Assembly (NCBI GenBank): GCA_040954595.2
Contig: CM082577.2
Coordinates: forward strand, 4,638,301-4,702,300
Length of the DNA: 64,000 bases
Direction: 5' to 3'
DNA from: Balanoglossus misakiensis
Taxonomy: Eukaryota > Animalia > Hemichordata
Below the pieces are notes generated by a model. That model had not been told where the DNA came from and did not search any database. It was given only the letters and a program-made list of their open reading frames with translations. The position numbers and the translations under genes are program-made. Shown piece after piece: positions 38,368-52,000 of this stretch (positions are counted from its first letter, which is position 1; every line of letters begins with the position of its first letter).

Positions 38368-38928
38368 CAGCCGACATTTCTGCGGGCGCTGGAAAAATCG
38401 TTCATGCAAAGAGAACGTTTTATTTGTTGCAGCTGCCAATTTCAACTTCATATTTATACAACCTTGTGTTTTTTTGTATATCAGTGCTAATGATATAAAA
38501 TTGATTTAATGATCCGATAACCGTGGTGAACAATGGGAAGGGGCCACCCCTGGTTAACATTTTGGCTCGGGGCTGCCACATCTGCGCGTGGCAACGACAA
38601 ATTATTGTCTCATAGATTTTATGGCTACGTCCTGATCGTTAAGAGACTGGGAAGGACGTATTATGGAAGTGGTGGTTGCGACTTATGAGCACAGTCAATT
38701 GTCCGTGCGGGGCTCATAAAGATCGCGAGCTTTGTTGAGGTTCGCGTGAGTATTGCATTTAAAATTCCGAATAATTACTTCTTCATTCAGAATTTTCCCG
38801 TTTCACAGTCTTCACATGTGACAAAGTCAACAGGGACAAAGACGCTGATACCTTATAACCCGTTTTTGGAAACAATGCAATAACAGTGGAGTGTATATGT
38901 CAATTATTTAATGTGACCGTGCTTTATT

Positions 38929-39250
38929 TAAGCAATAAAACACCCCCAGCCATGGTATACCACGAGATTTTGACCAGTTCACGACATATACGCACGAGCG
39001 ATAGCGAGTGCGTATATGGAGTTGAACTGGTCAAAATCGAGTGATATACCATGGCTGGGGGTGTTTTATTGCTATTATATTATGCCAGTATATTGAAACT
39101 TTGCATAAAACATTTTAAAAAGGCATTTTCTTTGACTATGATATATGACTGTGGTATATGGCTAATATATCACGGTCACGTGTCGTGTCTCGACCAATCA
39201 AATAGCGTGATTTACACCATCAATATACTGGTATAATATAATAAGCAATA
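38929..39250. mobile_element. Double-hairpin non-autonomous repeat element with TAAGCAATA terminal direct repeats
   Basis: Long imperfect palindrome at 38931-39073; second inverted pair at 39067-39096 and 39220-39250; TAAGCAATA at 38929 and 39242; related copy near 61860-62030. Confidence 0.7.
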
Positions 39251-39419
39251 TCTCAGTTTGTCCATTGGACGGCGTGCGTTTCCGTGTTTTCGAAATGATA
39301 TAACACAAAACGGACTGTCGTAAGTCCACAAAATTTGCACACAATCATACTGAACTATTGTTCTAAAAATATTGTCCCATAATTCTAACTTTCTAAGAAA
39401 TATGTGAATGGCACATACG

Positions 39420-39463
39420 TGTGCATGGTACCCTCAACTTGAAAGTTGAGGGTACCATGCACA
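39420..39463. repeat. Perfect inverted repeat, 21-bp arms with a 2-nt spacer
   Basis: TGTGCATGGTACCCTCAACTT-GA-AAGTTGAGGGTACCATGCACA. Confidence 0.95.
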
Positions 39464-39737
39464 AGTAAATTTGTGAAGTCTGCATGTCGTGTATATATTA
39501 CACGATTATTTATATACGTGAACTATAAATGTATTGTATTGATTCATAGGAAGAAGAGTTGTTGTGCAACACGTTCAACCGATAAGTTTTGTACTCTAGA
39601 ACTATCATTATGTCTCTAAGTTTTGGTCTCCTCGGGTGCACACGCTATTATGTTTGTCACATCGTGGAAAATCGAGTCAAATGGCACGAAAAGAGAGGCC
39701 GCAAATCGTTATTTTTCAACCACAGACATGGCGCTTA

Positions 39738-40051
39738 TTATAATCCCACTCCAGAATCCGACAAATCACTAGCGTTACGCATCAGTGGCGATTCGTCCCG
39801 ATAGTCGTTCACTGCAACGTCGACGACATCACCATCAATGGCGTCGATGGAGGCAGTTTGGGTTAATACATGAGCGGGGAAAATTGTTCTGCCACGCTGT
39901 CGTTCGTAAGATACGGTGAGAGAAACCATCTCATCCACCCTGGTGAGAACTTCTTGCTGTGTCTTCACAAGTCGCTCTGTACGTTTACTTAGCTCCTTTG
40001 CAACATAATCAAGTTCTTCCACAGCGTCGGTTTGTTTCACTAGATCTGCAT
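39738..40051 (-). CDS. PKD1-like exon 30, C-terminal tail with predicted coiled coil
   Basis: ctctaccAG acceptor; VEELDYVAKELSKRTERLVKTQQEVL; TAA stop. Confidence 0.85.
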
Positions 40052-43000
40052 CTGGTAGAGATGAAGGTTTTATTTTCAAAAATTAACTTTTCATGCTGAA
40101 AGTATACAGATTGACCAGCCATGGGGTGAAAGCAAACGGCCAGGCATGGAATACAGTTGTTTATGCGAGGACAGAGCAAGTTATTGGCTCTGCACTCGTC
40201 GTACAATGATGCGCCCTCAACAGTTTGGCAAAGCAATACGGGCGTGCGCATATATGCACAAACAATATCCAGAGCGCCCGCGCACGACTGAATCTTTCTG
40301 TCTGGCAGAGTAAGTGTGATCAGTAGTGATTGCCGCAGATTACAGGTGTGTGCATAAAAAGAGATAACAGGACGAGCGTGAAAACAAGACACAGAAGACA
40401 TGTTTTATAGTCAAATTTCTTTGCAGGAGAAACCGGAGCCAAGAATGGTCAATAGCTCTTTTCTACCCCCATCTCCCCCTCCCTCCCTACAGTGATACTT
40501 TGACCCTAGATTAGGCATGCATATCGTGTCAATATGGCGAGGTTTTAATCAGTGGTTGTCATACTTAGAAGGTAAAATATATACCTACCTTTGCTCTTGA
40601 ACTTCTCCTTGGTGACCCTGTGAAACAGGTCAACTAAATACTCCAAAAATTCAAATTCGTTTGTCATCTTGTTCGTGTCTTCCTTAGCGCGTGCGAAGGC
40701 TTCCGTGACAGTGGCGATGATTTGGTTACCAAGGCAAATGCACATGAAGAACCAGCTCACAAACAATGCGATTAGTCCCATAACAACAGTCCCCGAGATG
40801 ATGCTGCCGGGGTCGTAGCTTCGGAACCTCACGCTGCCCACGATGAACAGCGCCATCTTTCGGAAAACGGAAGAGAACGTCCTCGTTCCGGACTGCTCAT
40901 AGTATCCAAAGTACATCAGCTGTGAGAACGCCATGACGACGACGAGGAAGGTGTGCGGGAAGCCGCTCAAGCCCGAGCTTGTCCGACTTAGTGTGAGGCC
41001 AAGAATATACATCCGGCGATTGAACTGCAGAATGTGGATGATTTTGATGAAAGCCATGAAGGTAACAATAGCCAGACAATACATGTAGATCTCACACCAG
41101 AGGCTGATACCGTCGAAATCGGTGAAATGATCTATGAGGGGGGAAACGAAATAAGCAAAAGGTTTACATATATGCTAAGTAGAATATTACACAGTGTATG
41201 TGGATAGTACATATCATCATCAGTACCTTTGCTCTTTTTCATGCCAGCGACAATTTTTAGGGTGAAGCCAAATCTTCCAATGAACATTATTATACTAATC
41301 GTTGATGCCAGCAACATGAACAGGTCCCACTTATTCCAAAACGACCGGAAGTACTCCCTCTTCAGCCTACGTAACTTCCGGTACTCCAGTCGGGCTCGCC
41401 ACAACGTTGCCAGAAGGAACACGGCTTGGCAGACAACTCCCACGGTCTCAGCGTGTTTACTTCGGCCCTGTCCGTACAAGCTCGACACTCTCAAAGCGGG
41501 ATCCGGCACCGCGCTTCCAGTCGGCAGAAACTCGGTCACGTATTTGCCGAATGAAAACAAGAAGGCGTTCGGGTTGTAGGTGTTGAAATCGAGAAACACC
41601 GCGCGTGTGTTCTCGTCGACCCAGTCGTGTTGAATCAGCTCGGCAATGGCAGCTCTTGCCTCCCGAGACGACGACCCAAGCTCTTTGATGTACCCACCGG
41701 CAGCGTACAGCGTACCCGTCGTTGACTTCCAGGTCAACCCACCGACTTCTCGCCGTGATTTGTAAATCCAAGGCGAGTCACCATTTCCCGATGACGCATT
41801 CACCAGTGGCGTGGACCAGCTGACGTCGTACGAGGTAGTGTCTTCCTTACTCCAGGTGTATTCTACTTCACAGAGTTTATAAATAGCATCCATGGGCTTC
41901 GGTGGAAAACATTGCCCTATGTAAGTAATATATAAACGTTATTTTGATATGTTTTCTTGCATTTCGAAGAATTTCGGTTTGTTTCTATCTCGATTTATTT
42001 CGGTTCATAGACAATTTCGGCATATTCCCTGGTGTTTTTCATGAGGGTGTATGATTTAAGAATGGAAATCACCAAATGTCACAATCTTGTAAATGGTATC
42101 GGTGATTGTCTTGCACATCTGCATATATACAAAGTGTTCAGTGTTCCAAATAGAACCAGTCCAACTACAACAGTAGAAGTATTCAAGTAAACACAAACCT
42201 GGTCGTACACGTAGCTGTCGGAGCCGAGCTGGTCCAAGTCGAAACGAGACGGCGTCGCCGGCGTAACGGAGTTGCATGACGGAGAGGGGTTTGCCACGGT
42301 AGTCTTCATCCGGGTAAAAACTGGGAACAAATGCTCGATCCAACCAGTTCCAAAAATCTTCTTTTGATTTGACCTACGTGAAGTACGTGAGAGAGTTCAA
42401 ACAAGATCACACTCACATTATACCAAAGATAATACGAGACAGAATAGTATAGGCGACAAAATCATTTGCAACACTGACATTAATCCATTGACGGGTTTCA
42501 TGTTCATAAAGCAATGTGTTGAGTATAGTCCAGGGATATATCTTTGAACAAAGAATCATACATCTTTGAATAGAAAACCCATAAATTATCAGAGAATACC
42601 CATGAAATAACTTTGCACTTACGTCAACAAACTTCGTACAGGCGTTGCTGGACGTTGTCATGGTTTGGATGTTTTTGTACATATGGCGTGCACTTGTATT
42701 GGCTTCGATGCCGCACATGATGCAAATTGCCACCAGCACGATCAAGTAGCAAACGAGCTCCCGGCTGATCCTCTTGATTTGCTGATGTTTGATGAGAACT
42801 CGCCGAGATTCTCGCAAAGTCTCGTCACTCGGGGGTCGAAGGTCATCCAGATCTGCACTCGAGTATGATAAGAAAAATTACAACGATCTTAATATTCATG
42901 ATGTTCTTCTTTTGAGTTTCATGCCCAATATAAAGTGCAAGTCGATCTTAGGAATTCGGTTTATGAATTTTTATCAGTGTATAAAGTAAAACAGGAAACA

Positions 43001-46000
43001 ATACGTCTACTGATTGTGGCATCTTTCAGATGTACATTTGTCTTTCGCCAAGATCGTAATGAAAATACTCGCCATCTTCAGCCTTAGCTTCTTCACATTT
43101 TTGTCGTTCACGGTGCAAAGTCCGAAGTGTCTGGTGTTTGGTGCTGCTCGATTCCGCTTCTTCGTCCGCCAGATTGACTCCTTTCTTGCAGAGTGACAGT
43201 AAGTAAGAGGCAGCAGCGGCCAATACGAGAAGCTGTAACGAATAGGAGACACCACTGGATAATAACCTAGTAACTGACAATGGTAGGCCGACACCAGATG
43301 AAGATGTAGTGAAAGTGTATTCCCATGTGTTCTAGGAATGCCCCTACCTGCAAAGGCTCCAAGACGAATATTGACTGAGCGAGAGACGAGAGATCGGCAG
43401 TCAGCCACTCCTTCGATTGTGTTGGGCCCCAGTATAAGCTGTATGAAATGATGAAAAAACAAGAGAGCAGAATAATGGCAAACACAAGACACCATCCGAT
43501 GTAGACAGACCACCATGGCAACCGTCGCACCTTCTTCTGGCCAGGCTGACCGGCCTGGTATGCTTGCTGGAACATTGCCCTGAGTCTTTCCGCCTCTTCG
43601 AACTCCTGGGCCTGGACGTAGGACCAGGCCGCCGTGCGCTTCACACGCCACCGCTGGTACCTCTCCCGCAAGGCGCTCGGTTGGAACACGCCGTCCCTCT
43701 GATCGGCCAAGCGGAATATCTGCACCACCGACGTGATGACCGGGTACGTCATCAGCGCGCCGGCGATGCTGACGAAAATCTGGTAAGACGTGAAAACCAG
43801 CGGGCCGATCTCCACGCGGTGCGCGGCACTGCCTCCGGACCCCTCCTCCTCGGGCTGTCGTTCCTTGTAAAACATGGCGTTGACCAGCATGGAGAAAAAC
43901 ACGTAGCAGGCGGCGGCAGACAGACGCTGCACGCGGGTGAAGCTGCTGTAGGTTGGGCGGGAAAAAATGGACACCCACATGTTCTTGTCTGTGAGGTTCT
44001 TGCCCATTTTAGTGTCGAAGTGGAGCTTGAAGCTCTTCAAGTGACTGTCCTTGATTGGGTACAGGAGGCGGAACACTTTACCGTCACCTCGTTCGGCAGC
44101 CAGCCATTCGTCGCAGAAGAGAGTGTAGCTGACGACAGAACGTGAGATTTGAAATCATATATTTTATTGATATTAGTAAAGCTGTCTCACTTCAGTGGAA
44201 CGAATGCGCCCCTGCAGGATACATGTTAAAATATCAATAAGGATGTTGTTGTTGGTTTTAGTTTTCAATAACCAAACAGACCATCAACTGTTGTTCGCAA
44301 ACACATAAAACGCCTTCGGAAATAATGACGATGATGTAGCAGATATTTTTTAATCACGTTAGAGGGTAAAATTTAATAATTACCATTGATTAGTTTGCAT
44401 GTCTTCTACAACTATGTAACTGAGAAACCAGGACGCCTTGAGGTCGCTTCCAGATATGTCGTGCCAAATATCCATGTAAGCTAGGGCGCCCAGGGTAGAC
44501 TTCACGGCCATCAAGAACGTCACCTCACTGCCTCGTTCAAATTCCTTTTTGTAGAGGGTACGGCCAAGGACAGTGAAGGAGAAAAGAGAAATCGAGACAA
44601 CAGAAAATTAAACGAGTCAGCGAAAGCCAGGAGTCAAACAAGACATGTAGTGTACAACACTTATGAGCAGCAGAAATAATCAATCACGATAGTGGAACAA
44701 ATTTGACTTCACGTCAGAAAAACAGTCTCTCGCCAAGCGAGCCCACAATGATGATTTTTCCATTCTTGGTTGTTGTTTTTTTGGTTTGATTGAGTTTGGT
44801 TTGGTTTGGATTGGATTGGATTGGATTGGATTGGATTCACCCGGTTGGTTTGGATTGGATTGTTTTGGGTTTGCCAAGTTAACTGGCACCTTACTATGCT
44901 CTTCCCACGTGGTTCCAATCGACGAATAGCAGTCTCTTCCACTGTTCCCCCGAGAATAAATCTGATTTTCGAGCTAGTCCCAGCTTCTGGGTGTATTCCG
45001 GTGAACACCTTTATTTTGTAGAGATAAGTGTGGCGTGGATTGTTGTCCACCATCATGTGCACTCTCCACTGCGAAATAAATGACAATAAATATTGAATTT
45101 GTTGGCTGGTTGTGTCTTTACAACTTACCATGTTTTGGAACATGGGTGGATATGATATCACAGTTAGTTTCTATTAACAGTATACGGTTTTGACGTTCTT
45201 GAAATACTAACAAATACGCCTTTGGGATGTTTCATGCTAATACTGTCTATCATAATCATTGTAAAAAAACAGTGTTCACTTTATCTCGTTAACCTGACAT
45301 TGGTGTCAAAATATCATTCCTTTTCTTGAAACAACGGAGGAGTCATGTTGCCAGCCTGCTGTTATCATTGTTAACAAAAGTGAACTTTGTGCCATTGATT
45401 TGTCTATCAACTATCCAATTAGAAAATGCATCTCGACACGGCAGTGTAGTACCTTAAACATGTCTGCTTTGTCTTTTCGTCTCATCCAAACCAACAGCAA
45501 AATGTATATCACCAACATGAAAACGATGACAGTAAGGACCAGTGGGTTTTCCTGAAGATCACTGACGCTAATGGCGCCAAAATCAATTGTGTTGATGGGC
45601 ACGATGAAACTCGATGCGAATGACGTCATGTGGTCGCATAGACAACGGGTAAAACGAGAGTTGGATTCTGGATCGACCTGAAAGTACACGTACGTGACGT
45701 TATGGCTGTGCACACACGGATAAAATCACCACTAAAACGGATTAGAAATATATTTCTCTGATTTCTGTCATCGATTCCGAATTGACAAAGGGGAAAGTTG
45801 ACCAATCACGTCAAGGGAATTTCCCAATTGGCCTCGCTTTGAGTTCACATTCATGATGGCTGCATGGGGGCGCTAGACTTATGAAATGGGTGTATAGAGA
45901 GGGGCATTTACCTGACACCCTGCAGACTGCCACTGTTCGTTATCCTCATCCCAAAATCGACACCCGGATGTGAACAACATCATGGAAAAAATATGTCTCG

Positions 46001-49000
46001 TGTCAGCAACGCCTGCGTTACATAGAATAACATACAAAATAACCTATAGCAACACAATTGGAGGTGAAATTGATACATTTACATCAATATGTATCGCATA
46101 TCTTCTATACCTGTTATGAATAATTTCATCTGTTTGTTCGTCCTCACATTGAAACAGAAATGATATTTTCACTTGGTGAATTAATTCTTATTCATCGACG
46201 CCAGAAAATTAAAATTAGCTAATGAAGATATATGAAATTATACAACCGTTTTCACGTTTATGACGCGGGGTCAGTGACAAGAATAACGTTTATTAATGGA
46301 CCACATTAGTCACTTCTTACCATATGGAATCCCCTAAAAGTGTATTTCTCCGGGGTATATGGTGAAAGCAAGAAGTGATTTAGTGACTGATAACAATCGG
46401 CTTGCAATTTGCACCAATGGTGTGAAAAAACCAACACACGCGCGCAGAGTTTTCTGCTATATACTGATATAAGGAGTCTTCTTTTGACTATGAGAGGGTC
46501 CAGGCACGATTGATTGATCAGTTATTCGTATCAGTGGCCCCCCGGTCCGCGTCGCGAAACTGCAAATGGTCATAGTACCTTGCCCACCCACAGGCCTAAT
46601 CCCAACGTAGTAAAGACCGGTTTGGACCAGTTCCTCTGTTATGTACGAATGGCGCAATTCTCGCGAGACCGCCGCGTCGTTTACTTCTGTACTAACATCT
46701 TGTGGGACTCTCCCGCTGAAATCATGGTCGTGCGCTGTTGGGCGTTCGCCAAACTTCCAGTACACTGCATATTTGACGTTGTCTTCCCCTGGGAAGATGA
46801 CCACGCTGACCCGGCTGTCTGGCTCAGTGACGTCGACACTGAAGTACATAACTCCGTCGCCGTCGCCCGCGTCGAACTGATATTCTTGAAGTGAAGGTCT
46901 CCGTTCCGGCGAGATCTCGATAGTGACAATGACCGGTTGGTCGCTGTTCTTCACAGGGACAACCTGACTTGCCGCATCAAGAATGTCTACGTCAAGGAGT
47001 GAACTGGCAATGTTTTCGGCTGTGCTGTCCCAGACATGAATGTTCTTTGTGAACGACAAGACCTACAATAACGAAACGGGTTTAGTGGCTAATGGGCATA
47101 CATTGCGATCTCTGGGCCGATGCAAGGGAGAACCCTACTACTTTCAAAATGCGTAATATCAGACAGCCATGACACAATAATACAACAAAAGGCATACTTA
47201 CTCTGACAGACAGAAGTTCGGAATCATGATTGGCCCGGTATGTTCCCGGCATCTTCACGCCTGCTGCCCTGACTTGGAATTCAGTGTCGGACAGCTTTGC
47301 GAGTCTATATTTGGCCAACCTGACGTCAGTGACCTCGTTTGTGAAGATCAGCGCTGGTCTCTCGGACACCGTGCAGGAGAGCAGAGAGAGCGTGGTGTTC
47401 TTCATCACGGCAGAGGAGTGCCCAGTGACATCCTTCACCTGCAACACACAGCAAGACATCAAATCAGGTCCAATAATCAATATCGTCCAAGGTTATGCTA
47501 ATTACCATGTCAAAGAAAGAAATAAGAGAAAAAAATGGACCACTTCTAATGTTGTGGTACCAGGTGTCCGCTGGCATGCTACACCCGTCACAAAGACTGG
47601 CCCCAAGTGACACGTTCAAGTGAAAATTGGCCGAACGAAAAAAATACTGTTGCAAGTCAAATCCAGGAATGCTGCCACTCATCATTTGAGTGACAGAAGC
47701 GTCATATTTGGAGGAAAATTCAGGCAGATTACTGGCAATACTCTTACTCACCCGTATCGAGCTGTTCCGTCTCGGATCGGCCGACACCAGAAGACTATTG
47801 GCACTGTTGAACACGTCTGTTATATAAGGTGCGAGCGAGATCGGAACTTTAACTTTCGTAATTATGACCATGAGTTTGACAGTGTAAGGTCTGTACGTTA
47901 AACACCAGCGCGAAAAGGGCAGATAACCGAATGAAACGAACCAGGCACAACTGATCGTTAACATAATAAACTATGGCAAAAATCAAACTTTGAACTTACT
48001 TCGAGATATCTCGTAAAGTTCTTGTGGGGGGAACAGGTTCTCACATTGCCTGGGAAGAGTTCCTACTATGTTACTGAGAACCTTGGCCGCTGATATCTGA
48101 TGAGGAACAAGATGCAAAGGTTCGCTAGAACACCGAAATGCCGGATAATACCAGTTTATCACAAATCACAATGGGCTCATAAGACTAGGTTGTAACGCTG
48201 TCGTATTGTAAATGTGTACTAGTATGCGCTGTGAAGACTAAAGAAAACGTACACACCACACAGGCAAGCAGGCAGGCAGGCAGGCAGACAGACGGACGGA
48301 CGGACATGTAGAGTGACTGGGTGGGTGGTTAGGTGGAACTATAGGTTGGTTGTCTGAGAGGTAGGCTGGGTGGGTAGCTGGTGATGTAATCTTTTCCCTT
48401 ACCTGCGTTTCTTCGGTAAGTTCGCCAGGTTGGTGAGTCACTGCTCTGATGGCACCTGCCGCTTGCTTGATTGATTCAGTAGTCTTAAGAGATTGCGTTG
48501 TTTGACCCAGAACGTCGACCAAGTCAGCTCGTAACTTTGAGCAAAGTAGAAACAGGTCGCGCAAAGTTCGATATTATAATCAGAAAAAGTTTTGTTAAAT
48601 TTTCAAACGAGGGATACTTATAATAATACTTTTTTGGGAGTGAAAATGGAAATATGATGTTAGTATGATGCAAAACTAAAGAGGGCATAAGATCTAGGAA
48701 TGTCAGTTTCGAATTACCTTTGTTTTATACTCGACCCCTTGGTATGGAATAGTAGCGTCTTCGCTGCCATCGTAGTTCTAGATAATACAAGGTGAAATAA
48801 AGAATCAACATGTACAACATACGGAGTATAGTACACATCGACAACCGACAACCTCCTTTTGAGAAAGCGGTGCTCATACTTGAAATGAAATCCCGCCATT
48901 GCGAATTTGAAACGTATACAATGACATTCCAATTAAGCCACATCACTCACCAAAACATCTTCGTTCATTAAAGATGACATGAACGTGACAAGTTGCGTGG

Positions 49001-52000
49001 CCTGAATTCGATTATCAACGTCCAGATAATCATACAGTTCTTGCTCCAGACCTTCGGCCATTGCGGTTTCATCTGCGATGACCTTCCCATCCATCCGTTC
49101 AAACGCATGGCGATTGCAGAAGCACGTGGTTTCGCGAAGTGAGAAACAAAATTAGTTGATAAGACATTCTATGTGGCCTTTGATCTTAGGTTAAAACTTT
49201 CACAATTTCAGTGTCACTGTTGATTCAAGGATACTGCCATACCGAACAGATAATCAGTTGCACAGAGATATATTTGCGTAGTCTTGAACCTCGAGTTTCT
49301 TCTTTCCCAGTGTTGAACTGGGTGTATTGGTCAATCAAAAGCTGCGTGTCGTATATTTTAGGCCAAACAAATTCCCTCGCACGTTCCCATCGTCGGAACT
49401 AGACTCTGAAAACGAGTATGACATGCCATGGCGAAAACTATCCGATCCCCAAGAAGGATTTTTTTGCCTACACAGTCTATCATATCATTGATGACAACAT
49501 TTGTAGCCATACCTGTACGTGAAGGGACACTTCCTCATAGGCGAGATGCTGATCACTGACCCTAACGCTGACGTCAATCACGTGATCGTTGTCCGCGTTT
49601 CCTATTGGCAGGTAGCTGGCTGGTGTGCTTGGCTCGATGCCAAAATAGATGACGTTCCAGGGCGTTTCTTGCTCACTTTTTGCTCTCGCGCGAAACTCGT
49701 ACTGAAGTGCGCCCTTGCCGTCGTCTCGCCAACCATCGCAGGTTATGACGTACTTACGTAGACGAATGTATTCATCTTTGAAAATGACAAATCATCAACG
49801 TCCGTTTAATTAAGACAACTCTCCTTGCAGAGATAAACGTCCAACTCCCAACGTCCACTAAGAAATAGTGTTTTTTTTTATTTGACAGTCGAGAGTATGA
49901 CTGTTTTGGATCAGCGACTAATTTTGAGAAACGATGCGGGATGTGACGAAATGATTAGGAGACATAGTCTAATCCCCCTCCCCCCTTAAACTGGAACGTT
50001 TTAAGCACTTCGCGATAAGTTTCCGCTCAAGCAGCATTTTGCATAAATTTAGTTTATTGGAGACGTGTCACTGAGGGAATAATAGGTTTACCTGCTTCAA
50101 AAATATAACACGACCCGCCGTGTGGTTTCCCGTTCACGGCGAAACCAATTTCTTGAAATCCTCCCAGGTTTCCAATGACAATGGTGATTTTCAGTCGGTA
50201 TCTTGTGGGTCCTTTAAATACATTCGGATAGAAAGACAGGCTTTCTGAATGTATACCTGCAAAAAAAATGTGTTCTTTAACGTATTTTATTACTTCAATG
50301 TGTTTCGCTTTTATTGTCTATGACAAGGCATTGACCAGTCCTGTAAAATCCCTCCCGAAGGTGTACGACTGCAAAATTTTGAATGAGCGAGAAAAATTCT
50401 GTCAAATTTAAAATTCAAAACGGCCACGATCATCATATGAAGAAAGATTTTTACGGAAACAATGTGCTGAACGTCATATTTTCTTCTTCGTTAAAATAAA
50501 ACATCGAAAGAACTGAAAGGCTTAGCGGACAATCATTTTTCTGACAATCTGTCCCCGAGGCGCACAAGTACTACCTACATTTATAATGTTGGCATTACCT
50601 GTTGACGTCATCGTTTCCCAATCTTGGACTGGATTGCCGTCATCATCCGACAGCTGCCAGAAAATACGTTCTTCAACGGAGTTGCAGTTGCCGCATTCCG
50701 CCATCAGGGAAAACTCGCTAGACGGGTTGATGGTGTCATGGCAGTTGGAAACGCATCTAAAGTGGGGGGGGGGGCAACAGGAGAGTATTGCCTCTCAGAA
50801 GACGGAAGTGCCATAAAACTAAGAACTTCCCACTATGTTTACTAGGTTAATTTGCGTAAAGGGCTAGTTCGAAACGCATATAAAGGTGACCACCACCGTT
50901 CGTTAAGTTAATATATATCAAAAGGTCTTGTTTGAAAAATTGAACTCGTTTACTGTCCTTATCGTCCAAAAGATGAATAAAAACGATTAACTGTACCTGA
51001 TTTCGACTTCCGGGGGATCATCGCGAACTATTTCGACGGTTTGGATGAAAGTACCGTTTCTGGAACCCTTTTGCGCATGCACCGTGAATGAGTAGGCTCT
51101 GTTGGGGTCCAGCAGTCCGGCACGGATGTGCAGTACACCGCCGTCATAGTCAAGTCTGTCGGGTCCTTCGCCAAAGCAACCGGGGCCGTCGGACGGAACG
51201 TAGCCCTCGCCCGGCATCCGAACGTCGTTGTCCGTACCGATCTGCCCGCCAGGGACGGGAAAATCTTCGCTGCGCTGTTCGCAGGACCAGCTGAAGGCGA
51301 TGCCCTCCGAGGCGTCCATTTCCTCATCCGGGTCATAGGTGGCACCGCTGGCGTTCAGACACAGATGCTGATTCATGCCGGATGATCTGGAGTGGCCCCC
51401 GGATATTCCAACCACCAGAGCGGACTGTACGATGACCAGATCCTCAGAGTCCGAACTGGTCTTGTTCGCTGCACCGAGGCCGTGCACCCCAACCGTGATC
51501 TCGTATCTCCCGTATGGAAAAGTGCGTGGCTCGAAAACGATGTCCGAAAGCCCCGACGAAGCGATGGGGAATGACTGCATTGTGTCCAGTTCGACGGCAG
51601 ACCAACTGATTGAAACTCTCTGCGATCTATTGCAGTGAAGTTCGACAATGCTGTTAATATAAATTCTCTCAGATCTCTCGAACCGTCTAGGAGACCCTGT
51701 CTTACCAGTTATGCGCACGTTATAAGGTGATGAACACTGTGGATGGACTGTCACTGGAATCTCTGCGGAAAGTAAAGGCCCGTAGTTGAGCGCGGTCACC
51801 CTCAGGATGTAGTTGCCTGCAGACTGATACACGTGGTCTAAAACGTCGACCATTTGCTCTTTCTCGACGACTCTCACCCTGTCGCCGGTTCCATCGCCAA
51901 AGCTCCAAACGAATACAACGTTGGTACCATTGGAGACTCTTGCCTCGTAGAAATAAGGAGTTCCTTCATCTGCGGCTGGCGGGACCCTCACTTGAAGATC

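Noticed and set aside
43007-43978. 323-aa alternative-frame ORF overlapping PKD exons 24-25
   Set aside because: Off-frame read-through of GC-rich exons and an intron; the polycystin motifs are in another frame.
47817-47890. Longer version of PKD exon 17 using the AG at 47891
   Set aside because: It would need phase 2, but exon 16 ends in phase 1; the acceptor at 47817 fits.
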